IMG/VR virus record: IMGVR_UViG_3300025018_000410
Coordinates: 1-30,776 of that record
Reading direction: 5' to 3' (one strand)
Length of the DNA: 30,776 nucleotides
Source of the DNA: a virus
Lineage: Duplodnaviria; Caudoviricetes
The translations under genes were made by a program, and so were the position numbers. Positions within the stretch are counted from its first letter, which is position 1; each line of letters starts with the position of its first letter. Shown here in pieces: positions 15,662-25,400 of this stretch. Under the pieces are notes generated by a model. That model had not been told where the DNA came from, did no database searches, and saw only the letters and a list, made by a program, of their open reading frames with translations.

Positions 15662-16291
15662 TCACCGCGCGTAGCGCGCCTCCGTGATTTCCTCCCATTG
15701 CAGGATCTCAAATTCCTTATGGTTCCACGCGTCGATCCGCGCGCAGCTCCAGACAAAAGCCTTCAGGCCGATGCTCTGCAGCGTGAGCACATCGTAGATG
15801 CCGTTGCGCAGCGTGGGCCGATCGGCGTGGCCCACGCGCACGCGCACCGGTTGGCCGTCCAGTCGGTGCACGTTGTCGATCACCACGTCGGTGGTGCGCA
15901 GGCTCCGGTATTGGCTGCGGTTGCCGAGGTCGATATCCACGCGCTCCCAGCCTCCGCCCGGTCGCCCGATGGTGCCGTTCTGCAGCAGGATATTCCGGCA
16001 TTGCTTCACCGTCACCGCGTAGAGCCGTCCCGCGTCCACGCGGAAATTGTCAAAGACGATGTCGTCGCACAGGTAGCTGATGTCGATGCCGTCCTCCCGG
16101 TTGCAAGGCTCGGTCGTGGTCACCGTCATGTCCTCAAACCGGCAGCGACGGCACGCGCTCACCTTCAGGATGTCCTCGTAATCCTGCGGACGCTCCGGCG
16201 CAAAGGTGCGCCCCTTGAAAGTCACGCCCTGCTCCTTGTCGTAGGACCAGTAGTTCTTGTCGCGGCGGGTCTGTGGAATGGCTATGCTCAT
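15662..16291 (-). CDS. Small right-handed beta-helix (pectin-lyase-fold-like) protein, 209 aa
   Basis: Repeated rungs CRFEDMTV / EDGIDI / DIVFDNFRV / NILLQNGTI / DVVIDNVH. Confidence 0.6.
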   Translation of the reverse strand: MSIAIPQTRRDKNYWSYDKEQGVTFKGRTFAPERPQDYEDILKVSACRRCRFEDMTVTTTEPCNREDGIDISYLCDDIVFDNFRVDAGRLYAVTVKQCRNILLQNGTIGRPGGGWERVDIDLGNRSQYRSLRTTDVVIDNVHRLDGQPVRVRVGHADRPTLRNGIYDVLTLQSIGLKAFVWSCARIDAWNHKEFEILQWEEITEARYAR

Positions 16292-16310
16292 AGTTTTCGT
16301 GTGTTGCGGG

Positions 16311-17070
16311 TTAATAATCGTAGCCAAAAAGCGGGGCTTGGTGCGCGTGCACCGCTGGGCGAACCGGACGCGCGAGGCCATTATCTCCGGGGGCGTTTTC
16401 CCTTCCGAGCTTGGTTGCCGCCTGGGTGGCCCCACGCTCCGGTAAAGTCTCCAGCGGGCCTTGGTGCAGGTAGCGCTTGCGCGCTTCCTCGGGCAGGCGG
16501 GCCTCGTCGCCCTCTGCGCCCACGCGGATGAAATGGTGCCGCACCAGCCATGCGTGGTCCTCGGGGGCAATCTCGCCCGACTCCAGCTCGTTCAGCCGGT
16601 TCCAGTCCGGCCCGTATCCATTCGTCGGGCTGGTCGCCAAACGGCGCGTTGATGTAGTCGTCGAGGTGGTCCCAGCGCTCGCCGCTCATTCGGTGCCCGA
16701 AATAATCCCACCAGACCAAGCGGGCCACGCTGCTGCGCAGCCACGGCTGCAGGCGCTCGATCTGCTCGCGCCATTCCTCCGGGCGGCGTGCGATCAGCTG
16801 GTCCTTCAGCCTGCTTTCCCGCTGCATCACCTTGCGGTGCCGATCGCTCAATTTCAACGGCGCGGGGCGGATCTCAAACAACTTCAGCCTGCGCCAAATC
16901 TTGCGGCGCGGGTGGGCCTCCTTGGCCGCTTCCCGCTTGCGCCGCAGCCACCAGTTGGCCCGGCGTGCGCGCTGGTTCCATCGCACCGTCGGCGCGTTGC
17001 CCTCGCGCACGCGGCGTGCGGCCTTGCGCGCGGCTATCAGTTCCTCGATCCATTGGTCCGCAGCGTTCAT
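16311..17070 (-). CDS. Arg/Trp-rich hypothetical protein, possibly frameshifted near 16602
   Basis: ORF 16381-17070 looks globular up to EWIRAGL; GC3-rich coding then continues in the overlapping frame (NRLNELESGEIAPED..., stop 16311). Confidence 0.5.
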
Positions 17071-17073
17071 GGC

Positions 17074-17202
17074 CTATTTCCTCTGCCCATACCAGCCCAT
17101 GCGTTTGCGCTTGGCGGCGCTCTTGCGGCTGTGGTTGGTGCGCTTCAGTTGGCTCCGGCTCATGCCGGTGTGCTTGCGGGTGCGTTTGCCAGTGGCGTTC
17201 AT
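17074..17202 (-). CDS. 42-aa highly basic peptide
   Basis: MNATGKRTRKHTGMSRSQLKRTNHSRKSAAKRKRMGWYGQRK; ATGA overlap upstream, 3-nt gap downstream. Confidence 0.55.
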   Translation of the reverse strand: MNATGKRTRKHTGMSRSQLKRTNHSRKSAAKRKRMGWYGQRK

Positions 17203-17444
17203 CCTACTGCCTCCATGTGGGTTATCAGGGCGGTCAGCAGTCGGCTGTCCTCGTCGCCCCGGCTTTTCTTCGAGATGCCCATGCTCTCGCCGTAGCATTC
17301 CCAGCCTCCGGCGGTTATCCGACAAAAGCCCGCGCTCACCACCTTGCGCCCGAAGGCCAGCTCGACGTGCGGGATGATGCTCGGGAAAACGACCGGCACT
17401 TCCATGCCGTCGTGCGCGATCACCAGATATTTTAATCTTCCCAT
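17199..17444 (-). CDS. Conserved phage hypothetical protein, 81 aa
   Basis: KYLV...PVVFP..IPH...VSAGFC...CYGES pattern. Confidence 0.7.
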   Translation of the reverse strand: MGRLKYLVIAHDGMEVPVVFPSIIPHVELAFGRKVVSAGFCRITAGGWECYGESMGISKKSRGDEDSRLLTALITHMEAVG

Positions 17445-17608
17445 GGGTAGCGTCCTTTCCATTCGCGCGCGTGCGCGACCTTGGTCGCCTCGGCAGCGGT
17501 ATCGAAGTGTTGGATGCGCAGCCCGCCGTTGGGCGCGCGCACCAGTGCCGCATGGCGGCGGGCTGGTGGCGCGACCGGTCGGGGCGTGGGGTTGGCCGGG
17601 GTTCTCAT
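17432..17608 (-). CDS. Hypothetical protein, 58 aa
   Basis: Starts 1 nt after the YfdQ stop and fills the gap. Confidence 0.5.
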   Translation of the reverse strand: MRTPANPTPRPVAPPARRHAALVRAPNGGLRIQHFDTAAEATKVAHAREWKGRYPWED

Positions 17609-17609
17609 C

Positions 17610-18509
17610 TCAGCCAATGTTGAGCAGGGTGGCTTGGCGGCGTTGCGGCTCGGCTTTGCCCAGCAGCACTTGGTCGGTCGTGCCTTTCTGGATGCGCTCG
17701 CGGATGTCGTTGAACGCGTCCTCCACGATTTTGTGCGGGCGCTCCAGCTTGTAGCTGAAGGTCACCTTGCCTGCGCTCAGGCGGTAGCGTAGCCGGGCCG
17801 TCACCGCGTATTTCGGCGTGCCGATAAACGGGGCCAGTGCCAGTGCAAATCGCTCCGGGATCTCCATCTTGCCCCGCGTGCCCGCGCTCGCGTCGATCGT
17901 TTCCTCGTAGGTCAGCTGTTGCGCTCCGCTCTGCAGGCGCACCGTGCTGGCAAATTTCACGTCGGTCTTGGCCTGCAGCGTCAGGGCCACGCTCAGCATC
18001 TGCGTCGAGTTGGGGAATTCCTTGCTCTTGCCCGGCGGCACCACGATGTCGTCCGCGTTGTCCTCGATGAATTCCGCAAAGGCCACCTGCTCCATCGGGG
18101 TGTCGCTCCGGCTGACCCAGCGCGCCCATTCCGGCGTGGCCTCCAGCTCCAGCTTGGCGTGGTGCTCGCTCCAGCCGGTGCGGCCCTCCGGCCCCGCCTC
18201 GTGGTGGTCGAGCCATGCCTCAAATACTCCGCCGGTCAGATTGGCTTGCCCGGTCACCAGCGTGCGCTCGTCGCGGTGGCGCTTCACGTAGTCGATGAAA
18301 CTCACCGGGTCTTGCAGGGTGATCTTGCCGCGCTTGCGCGTGGGCCGCGCCAGCAGCGCCTCGGCATCCTGCAGCTTCTGCGGGTTGGGCCAGATGATGT
18401 AGGGCTGGTCACTCTCCGTGTGCAGCTGCTTGTCCAGCAGCGGCATCATGTTCTCGCGCGCCAGTGCCACCAGCGCGGTGATGTTGGGGGTCTTGTCTTC
18501 GGTGTCCAT
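17610..18509 (-). CDS. YfdQ / DUF2303 family protein, 299 aa
   Basis: SFIDYVKRH...WSEHHA.L....TPEW..W...MEQVAFAEFIEDN...IPERF.L...PF.G...ARLRYR. Confidence 0.85.
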   Translation of the reverse strand: MDTEDKTPNITALVALARENMMPLLDKQLHTESDQPYIIWPNPQKLQDAEALLARPTRKRGKITLQDPVSFIDYVKRHRDERTLVTGQANLTGGVFEAWLDHHEAGPEGRTGWSEHHAKLELEATPEWARWVSRSDTPMEQVAFAEFIEDNADDIVVPPGKSKEFPNSTQMLSVALTLQAKTDVKFASTVRLQSGAQQLTYEETIDASAGTRGKMEIPERFALALAPFIGTPKYAVTARLRYRLSAGKVTFSYKLERPHKIVEDAFNDIRERIQKGTTDQVLLGKAEPQRRQATLLNIG

Positions 18510-18534
18510 AGCGTTCCTGTTTTTTGGTTGCGGG

Positions 18535-18915
18535 TTACGAGGTGGCTTGCTTCAACGGCACTTCGTGGTCCTCGCTGTCCACGGCGCGCAAATTCAGCAG
18601 GGTCTGGTTCGGGTCGTTGCGCAGCAGCGCTCCGCCGTGGCCGACAAAAAAGAAGTCCACGCCAGTGTCCTCCTTCGGGGTCTTGATCGCCGCGGCGTCC
18701 TCCAGCTTCACCCCGCGCTTGGCGTTCGGACTAATCTTGATGCGGTAGATTAGCGTCCCCGGCTTGCGCGATTGCTCGACCGCTCGCACCAGCTCGGCCA
18801 GCTTCTCGTCGAGTTCGCTCAGGGTCACTCCGCTGCTCTTGGCCTGCAGCATGGCGATAAAATGTCCGCTTGTCGCGGGCATGTCTGTCTCTGGATTTGT
18901 GGGTGGGTTCTTCAT
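18535..18915 (-). CDS. YfdP-like partner of YfdQ, about 126 aa
   Basis: ELDEKLAELVRAV....KPGTL...FFF....G.LLRNDPNQ..L; adjacent to YfdQ. Confidence 0.75.
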   Translation of the reverse strand: MKNPPTNPETDMPATSGHFIAMLQAKSSGVTLSELDEKLAELVRAVEQSRKPGTLIYRIKISPNAKRGVKLEDAAAIKTPKEDTGVDFFFVGHGGALLRNDPNQTLLNLRAVDSEDHEVPLKQATS

Positions 18916-19250
18916 AGGAGAGTGGTTTGACGCGAGGCGGAGCGACGTTGCTTCCGCGCTGCCGGGCGGGATGCCTTGGCATCTTCGGCGGGCTCGGTCG
19001 CGGGTGCTCCCTCGGGCAGGCTCGGTGGTGGCGTCGCCGTGGCCGGTGACTCCGCTTTCGCGTCAAATGCTTTGTGTCGCAGGGTGCTGTGCTCGCCGCA
19101 CCAGTCGCCCTTCTCCGTCAGCGCCCAGCGCCCGCCCACTTCCGGCGGGTAGCGGCGGCACTGGCCCGGCGCTTCGTAAACGGTGGCGGTGGTCAGGCGG
19201 CGCGTCGCGCCCCTTACCCACCAGAGGCAATTTTCGCAGGTGGTCTTCAT
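18912..19250 (-). CDS. Cys-rich metal-binding phage protein, 112 aa
   Basis: CENC...GQCRRYPP...W...DWCGEH (four Cys). Confidence 0.7.
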   Translation of the reverse strand: MKTTCENCLWWVRGATRRLTTATVYEAPGQCRRYPPEVGGRWALTEKGDWCGEHSTLRHKAFDAKAESPATATPPPSLPEGAPATEPAEDAKASRPAARKQRRSASRQTTLL

Positions 19251-19492
19251 GATTGGGTGGCGTGGCCTCGGCGATGGCGCTCCAGCCATGCCAGCAGTTC
19301 GTCCTCAAAAACCATGCGCACGCCCTTCGGGCTTTTCCGGCCCCGGCTCGGCAGCAGCAGGCTCGGCAGGCGCTGGTCCTCGGGCAGCTTCTCGCAGTAA
19401 AAATGCAGCGTGCTCTGCGCGATCCCGTAGGCCGCGCGGATCTCCGCCGGGCGCAGGGTGCGGCGCTTGGCCGTGCGTTGCGCCGCGCTCAT
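19247..19492 (-). CDS. Excisionase/AlpA-like winged-HTH protein, 81 aa
   Basis: LRPAEIRAAYGIAQSTL...LPS...RMVFEDELLAWLERH. Confidence 0.7.
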   Translation of the reverse strand: MSAAQRTAKRRTLRPAEIRAAYGIAQSTLHFYCEKLPEDQRLPSLLLPSRGRKSPKGVRMVFEDELLAWLERHRRGHATQS

Positions 19493-19632
19493 GCTCGGTC
19501 CTCCCTGCCCTGCCCCAGCGCGTGGCCGCTCCGCCGGGCGATGCCCTCGATGGCCCGGTTCAGCACGCTCGAGAGCGCCAGCGCGCCCACCAGCAATGCG
19601 CCGACTGCGGCCAGTTGCAGCAGCGCGGTCAT
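19489..19632 (-). CDS. 47-aa membrane peptide
   Basis: MTALLQLAAVGALLVGALALSSVL...; ATGA overlaps on both sides. Confidence 0.6.
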   Translation of the reverse strand: MTALLQLAAVGALLVGALALSSVLNRAIEGIARRSGHALGQGREDRA

Positions 19633-20012
19633 TGCATGGCCTCCACGCGCGCCACAATCCGTGCGCCCTCGTTGGTCTTGATGATGTCTGCCCCCGGTAT
19701 ATGCACCAGCGCCTCGGCGGCGTAGGTGCCCGCCCGCGTGGTCGTATTGATCACGATCCCGCCCGGCACGCGCATGCCCCGCGTCGTCTTGCTCGCCCCG
19801 GTCTTCGGGTCCGTGATCGTCTGCAAAGTCTGCCAGAGGTCCGCCTGTCCGGTCACCTTGGCCTTGACCGGCTTGGGCGGCGGCGGCACGGCGGCGGGCG
19901 CTACTGGCCGCTGCGCGCGCGGCGCGTAGCGTTGTTGTGGTCGCCGACCTCCCCCATTGTAGGGTCGCCGGGCACTCCCGTTCATCGGTTTGGCGGTTTC
20001 CCATGCGCTCAT
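19629..20012 (-). CDS. Hypothetical protein, 127 aa
   Basis: ATGA-coupled; basic/Pro-rich N-terminus, beta-rich C-terminus (KTTRGMRVPGGIVINTTT). Confidence 0.7.
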   Translation of the reverse strand: MSAWETAKPMNGSARRPYNGGGRRPQQRYAPRAQRPVAPAAVPPPPKPVKAKVTGQADLWQTLQTITDPKTGASKTTRGMRVPGGIVINTTTRAGTYAAEALVHIPGADIIKTNEGARIVARVEAMQ

Positions 20013-20200
20013 GTGCCCTGCCTTTCCTTCGGCAGCTCCGTTTCCTCGCGGGCAAAATTCACCGCCTGCGGGGTCGCGTAGGCTTCGTCGAGCACCTGCT
20101 CGATGTAGTCCGCTTCTGCTTTCTGGTTCTCATCGCCGCAGGCTTTTACGGTGGCCAGCACGCGGGCGACGATGGCTCGGGTAGATTTAGGTGCGCTCAT
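20009..20200 (-). CDS. First gene of the early lytic operon (Cro position), 63 aa
   Basis: Divergent from the repressor across an 84-bp AT-rich gap; fold not recognisable, possibly ribbon-helix-helix. Confidence 0.55.
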   Translation of the reverse strand: MSAPKSTRAIVARVLATVKACGDENQKAEADYIEQVLDEAYATPQAVNFAREETELPKERQGT

Positions 20201-20284
20201 GCTTGATTTGCATAGTTGTGCAATAAAAGCGGCTGCGTCAATTCTTTTCTTGCCTTTTTTGCATAACTAATTTTATTTGCCCTC
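20201..20284. promoter_or_regulatory. Lysis-lysogeny switch region (divergent promoters and operators)
   Basis: AT-rich; TTGACG -35 on minus and TTGCCT on plus; TTGCA-N6-TGCAA palindrome; repeated TTTGCATA(G/A)(T/C)T at 20207 and 20258. Confidence 0.65.
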
Positions 20285-20764
20285 ATGAGCAACTTCTCCA
20301 TCGCCCTCGCGGCAGCACTCGACCTGCGTGGTTTGTCGCAGGTCGCGCTGGCTACGGCCATCGGCAGAAATTCCTCCAATGTAAACCGCATCTGTTCCGG
20401 CAAGCTCGCCCCCACGCGCGACGTCCTGCGCGGCGTCTGCCAGTTTTTTGCCGACGATACGGCGCTGGCCTACGAGCTGCTCGTGGCTCATCTGGTCGAC
20501 GAGGCGCGCGCCTCCGGGCTCGATGTGCGGCTGCTCACCATCCGGCACGCGGGCGATTCCGAGTTCGACTTCGAGTCCCGCGCCCGCGAGGTCGATGCCG
20601 CGCATGGCGTCTATCCCTTTCCCACCGCCACTCCACCAAGGGCGCGCAAGGTAGCTCGCAAAGAGCCGCGAAAAAGCACGGCGTCGTCCTACGTCAAAAA
20701 TCAAGGACCATCCGGGCCAGCTAGCCCTTTTCCCCACGGAGCTAGTCAGCAGCCTGTCGCCTGA
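20285..20764 (+). CDS. CI-like XRE repressor, 159 aa
   Basis: LRGLSQVALATAIGRNSSNVNRICSGKLAP HTH; the only credible plus-strand gene; no S24 peptidase domain recognised. Confidence 0.85.
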   Translation: MSNFSIALAAALDLRGLSQVALATAIGRNSSNVNRICSGKLAPTRDVLRGVCQFFADDTALAYELLVAHLVDEARASGLDVRLLTIRHAGDSEFDFESRAREVDAAHGVYPFPTATPPRARKVARKEPRKSTASSYVKNQGPSGPASPFPHGASQQPVA

Positions 20765-20892
20765 CTGGCTCCTGCAGCCCTGTCCCTATACCCATGCCGA
20801 CCGCCTGTGCGCGCGGTGTCAGGGCGGGTCTATGCTCCCGGCTCCCCCCTGTGTCATGGTTGAGGAGTAACGCGGGCCGCGCGCGCTCGCCT

Positions 20893-21078
20893 TCAGATTA
20901 CTCCGGCCCAAGCCAGCGCGCCCCAAATCGCCAAGCAGCCCAGCAGCCACAGCGCCCATTGTCCGACTGGCGTCCACCAGTCATGCCGGTGGTTCCATTC
21001 CCGCGCGGCCTGTTCCTCGCGCATCCGGTCGACCGGGTTTTCCGCGCGCAGCAGATGGATGTCCTGTTCCGGTTCCAT
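20893..21078 (-). CDS. Small C-terminally anchored membrane protein, about 61 aa
   Basis: MEPEQDIHLL...WALWLLGCLAIWGALAWAGVI, directly downstream of int. Confidence 0.5.
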   Translation of the reverse strand: MEPEQDIHLLRAENPVDRMREEQAAREWNHRHDWWTPVGQWALWLLGCLAIWGALAWAGVI

Positions 21079-21107
21079 GCGCCACGTTACCACGGCCCGG
21101 CCTCCGG

Positions 21108-22277
21108 TCAAATCTCTTTCTCTGGCAGGCGCTGCAGTGCCCGGTGGGCTCCCTCCAGCTGCGCGTGGGTATAGCCTTGGCTCACGCGCGCGTCCGCGTG
21201 CCCCACGATCGCCATCCGGTCCACGTCGCTCACGCCCGCCTCGTTCAGCCATGTCGACAAACTGTGCCGCAAGCTGTGGATGGAATAATCCGCCAACCTC
21301 CGTCCCTTGTGTTCGCCGTAGGGCTGGTCGATGCCGATGCGCGGCAGGATCTTCTGCCTGAAAATATCCGACAAACTCTTGCGCCCGGTCGGCGGCAGCG
21401 CGGCCAGCTTCGGCAGCAGTAGTCCCTGCTTGCCCGCGTGCCGCTGTAAATCGCTCCACAACTGCGGATGGATTGGCACCTCGTGCCAGTCGTTGGTCTT
21501 GCCCCGGTGCACCATCAGCGTCCGGCGCTGCGCATCGATGTGCTCCGCCCGCATCCGGGCCACCTCGTTGCGCCGCTGGCCGGTGTATCCGGCGATCTTG
21601 ATGAACAAGTGCCATTCCCGCGCGTGGGCCAGCGCCTCGCCCTTGCCCTTGGCTGCGGCCTCGGTCGCCTTGAGCATCGCCTGAAACTGTGCCCACGAGA
21701 ACGGCCTCCGCTGCTGGGCCTGCTTCCGGGCGTTCTTCACGCGCACCAGCGACCACGGATTCTCGTCCACCAGCCCCTGCGTATGAGCCTCGTCCCATTG
21801 CCGTCGCAGCGTGCTCAGATGGTGGTTCACGGTGGCAGCGGCCAGCGGCACCGCCTGCAGCCGGTCCCGCCATTCGGCGGCGAGCCTGCGGGTCACGCAG
21901 TTCAGCGGCTGGGCCTCGAGCTGCGGGTGCCCCTTGAGGAATCGATCGATTGCATCTTGGTAGCGCTCCCGCGTGCGGCTCAGTTTGAACTGTGCCCCGA
22001 TTGCGGCGCGGCGGCGGTGCAGGAAAGCGCCCACCGTCTCGACCTCGGTTGCCTCGATCCCGCCGATCACCTGAATCTCGCGCAGCAGCCTGCGGGCCGT
22101 GGCCTCGTTGAGCCTCCGCTGCTTGGCGGATTGGCTCGCCTTCTCGTAGGCCAGTGCCAGCTGCAATGCGCTTGCCTCATCCTCGAGCCCGGTGCTGAAT
22201 TGTTTCCTCCCGCCATCCGGCATGGTAAAGCCCGCCCACCACTTCTTGCTCCCCGGTCGCTGGTAAACGTAGGCCAT
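21108..22277 (-). CDS. int: Phage tyrosine integrase, 389 aa
   Basis: N-terminal arm-binding-like domain; catalytic residues in TGQR, RGKT, HSLRH, VGH and GYTH. Confidence 0.95.
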   Translation of the reverse strand: MAYVYQRPGSKKWWAGFTMPDGGRKQFSTGLEDEASALQLALAYEKASQSAKQRRLNEATARRLLREIQVIGGIEATEVETVGAFLHRRRAAIGAQFKLSRTRERYQDAIDRFLKGHPQLEAQPLNCVTRRLAAEWRDRLQAVPLAAATVNHHLSTLRRQWDEAHTQGLVDENPWSLVRVKNARKQAQQRRPFSWAQFQAMLKATEAAAKGKGEALAHAREWHLFIKIAGYTGQRRNEVARMRAEHIDAQRRTLMVHRGKTNDWHEVPIHPQLWSDLQRHAGKQGLLLPKLAALPPTGRKSLSDIFRQKILPRIGIDQPYGEHKGRRLADYSIHSLRHSLSTWLNEAGVSDVDRMAIVGHADARVSQGYTHAQLEGAHRALQRLPEKEI

Positions 22278-22463
22278 GTAAGCAAAACTGTAAGCAAGCC
22301 CCCCACCTTTGCCAAGCCCTTACCTCTGCACAGCGTTCAGCAAAAAGCCCTTATATCGCCCCTCCAAGAATCCCGTTGGCCGCCCCATTTTGAGGGTAAA
22401 GCATTGCAGGTGCGTGCTTTACCTTTTGTTTTATAGGGGTGACTGTCAGCAGTTGTGTCAGCT
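22277..22463 (+). other. attP: 20-bp tRNA 3'-end core (22368-22387) with paired arm-type repeats
   Basis: Core GAATCCCGTTGGCCGCCCCA resembles the T-arm and acceptor end of tRNA-His; TGTAAGCAA x2 (22277, 22289) and TGTCAGC x2 (22444, 22456), each pair 12 bp apart. Confidence 0.8.
22393..22432 (+). terminator. Replacement terminator for the target tRNA
   Basis: GGTAAAGCA-11 nt-TGCTTTACC followed by TTTTGTTTT, immediately after the CCA end of the att core. Confidence 0.7.
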
Positions 22464-22474
22464 AATTGGTTGAT

Positions 22475-25400
22475 TTAGCGCAGGGAGCGGCGGAGTTCGC
22501 GGTCGGCGCGCTGGTTGATCTCGTCGTCGGTGAGGCGGTCGCGCTGGGTGATTTCCTGCTCGAGTCGTTCGTTGCGGGGCTGGTAGCGGGCGCGGCTGGC
22601 CTCGGTGCGGTTGGCTCCGGGGAAGAGGGCGCGCTCGGCTCCGCGTAGTTCGCTCATGCGGTAGTAGTAGCGGTAGGCTTGCTGCAGCTGCTTGCGCTCG
22701 ACCGGGCTCAGGCTCTCGACGAATTCGCGGCGGAGGTCGTTTTTCTTGGCGAGCCCGGAGAGCGGGTCTTGCGCCCGGATGCTGGATTGGAAGCGCTCGG
22801 CGGTATAGCCAAGGTCCAGAAGGCGGTTGTAGAAGCGGATGGCGTTGGGCACGTCGCCCCGGTAGATGGAGCGGCGGAAGTTGCGCAGCACCTGCTGGTC
22901 GGGGGCGTCGTAGCTCATGTCGCGGGATTGACCGGTCTTCTGGTGGATGAAGTCGTCGGCCTTCTCGCGGATACCGTAGTAGGACCATTGCTCGGGGTCG
23001 CGGCGGCGCACCTGCAGGATGATCTGGCTGGCCCAATCGCCGAGGTCGCGGCCCGAGAGGTAGTCCTTGTCGGTGGCGCGGCGGATGATTTCGGCGACCT
23101 TGTCGTCGGTCATCTGCTGCAGCACGGCCCACTTGACTTCGCTGGCCGGGATGGTTCGGGTGTCGGTGATGTCGGGGAAGGTGCTCTGTTTAAAAGCGGC
23201 GGCGACAAAGGCGCGGGGGACCGGGCCAACTTTCCAGAGGTTGTTGACGAAGTCGCGGGGGAAGCGGCGGAGGAATTCCTGCGTGGCGGTGCCGACCGTG
23301 GTGCGGCCTCGGGCCACGTCGAGCGCGAGGCGGGCTCCTTCCTGTCCACTGAACCAGCGGCCAATATCGCCGAGTGCGGTCTGCGCGTAGATGACCTTGG
23401 TTTTGCCTTGGTCGTCCACGCCGATGATGATGTGGAAGCGGCGCTTGTCTTCCTCGCTGAGCGTGTCCTCGAGTTCGCGCCGCCAGCCGGTGCCGTTCCA
23501 GAGGGCGGTGACGAGGTAGGGGATGGCGAGGCGCAGGAGCACGCCAGTGGCGGCGCGAGTGGCAAAGGTAGTCGCGGCCTTGCCCACGGATTTTGCGGCC
23601 TCGGCTTGGCTGACCTCCTTGGCGGCGACCATGTCGTGCAGGTTGCGCAGGAGGTTGGCGTGGTATCTGAAGTTGATTTCAATCCAGCTGTAAAACGGGA
23701 CGAGGTAGCGGCGCAGCTCGTTGCCTGCCACGCTGATGTTGTGGTAATCACCAAAGGTCGCCAGCGAGATTTCGGCGGCGGCTTGGAGTTGCTGCTGCTC
23801 GGTGGCTCCGGCTTGGGCCTGCTCGAGTTCGGTCTTGGCCTTGGCGAGCAGTTCGCGGTCGGCCTGTGCGGCGGTCTCGACCTGTTGGCGCGGGGCACCG
23901 TGCAGCCGGTAGCGCATGCGCTCGCGGTCGGCGATCGATTGCTCGAGGCGGCGGATCTCGGCCTGCAGGCGGGTGACGTGGGCCGGGGGCTGGGTGCGGA
24001 TGGCCTCGATGTCGCGCCAGTAGGCTCCGGCGTAAACCGGGCGGGCTCCGGCGCGCATGCGTTCCATGTCGGCCTTGAACTTGGCAAATCTGAAGGTGGC
24101 CTCGCGCAGCCGGGAAACGTCGAGGGTGCTGCGGTTGCCGCCGATAAAGAGCGTGCTGGCGCGGCGGGCGAGCTGGCGCGTCCACTTCTGCTTGGTGCTC
24201 TGGAGGGCTTCAAACTGGCGGAGAGCGGAGAGGTCGCCGATTTCGTTGGCGGTGATGGTGTCGAGCACGCCCAGCCGGAAGGCGGCGCGCACGTCGTCGG
24301 TGCCCTTGCCGTCCTCGATGAATTGGCGCACTTCGCTGGCGGCGGTGCTCAGGTAGGAGTAAACCTTGGGATCGGCGGACCAGAGCTTCTCAAGGTCGGC
24401 CATCGTGTTGTTGTATTCGTATCTGAAATAATTCCACGGCGCGAAGAGGATGTTGCGCTTCCAGCCGTTCTGGTAGGCGAGGAAGGGGGCGCTCAGGAAG
24501 TTTTCGCTGCGGGTGCTGTCGCGGCGCAAGATACCGTTGAGGGCTTCGGCTACGGTCTCGGGCACGACCCATACCTCGCGTTCCCCGGCGGCGAGGGCTT
24601 CGCGGATATCCTCGGGGCGGATGCGGATGCCTTGCTGGTGCAGTTGCTTGAGCTGTTCCTGCAACGGGGCATCGCTGAGGGCTGCGCCGAGGTGGCGCGC
24701 GAGGGTGTCGCGGTCGATCGTCAGCTCGGGGTGCAGCGGCATCTTGTCGTCGGGATAAAACAGCGCGTAGCCCCGGTCCTTCCATTGGGTATGGAAGGCT
24801 TCGCGCCAGCCGACCGCGCGGCCATATTTCTTGGCGAGGTCCTTGGCGGCAGCCCGCACGTCCTGCATCTCGTCGTAGGGCTTCCAGTAGTCGTTGGCCA
24901 CGTCGGCGCGCAGGTTGTGGGAGCCCACCGCGACATGGTGGTAATACATGGCCTTGGCGTAGTCGCTCTCGATCGGGCGGGTGCTGCCGACCGGCTTCTG
25001 CAGGTAGCCCCGGAAATCCTCGGCGGTATCCATGCGCACGCGTTCGAGGGCGTTGGCCAGCTGCTTGCCGTCTTTTTCGAGCACGACGTGGGGGAAATAG
25101 AACGGGTTGCGCAGCTCGTCGGGCAGCGTGAAATCGCGCGCTTTCAAATCGTCGGCGATGGCGGCGACGGTATTCTGGTGCTGCTGCAAAGCGCGCAGGA
25201 TGAGTTCGCGGTGCGGGCTGGCGGCGAGCTTGGTCTTGAGGTCGGTGAGGCGCGCGTCGACCTCGGCGGGATTGACTCCGCCGGGCAGCATGATCGGGTT
25301 GCCTTGGTTGTCGCTCAGGTTTTCGGCGCGCCATTTGAGGTCGAGGTAAAGCGCGAGGTTTTGGAACAGGCCGTAGGGCTCGCGGTCGACTTGGCTGCGC

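Noticed and set aside
20197-20415. 72-aa minus-strand ORF as Cro
   Set aside because: It overlaps the repressor HTH antisense and spans the AT-rich switch region; no HTH pattern.
21108-22277. Integrase as the integron integrase for the attC array
   Set aside because: It has an arm-binding-like N-terminus, its own attP with arm repeats, and no recognisable IntI-specific insertion before the HxLRH box; it is also 6.6 kb from the array.
22340-22390. Complete tRNA gene
   Set aside because: Only the last 20 nt or so are tRNA-like; there is no D arm, anticodon arm or 5' acceptor strand.
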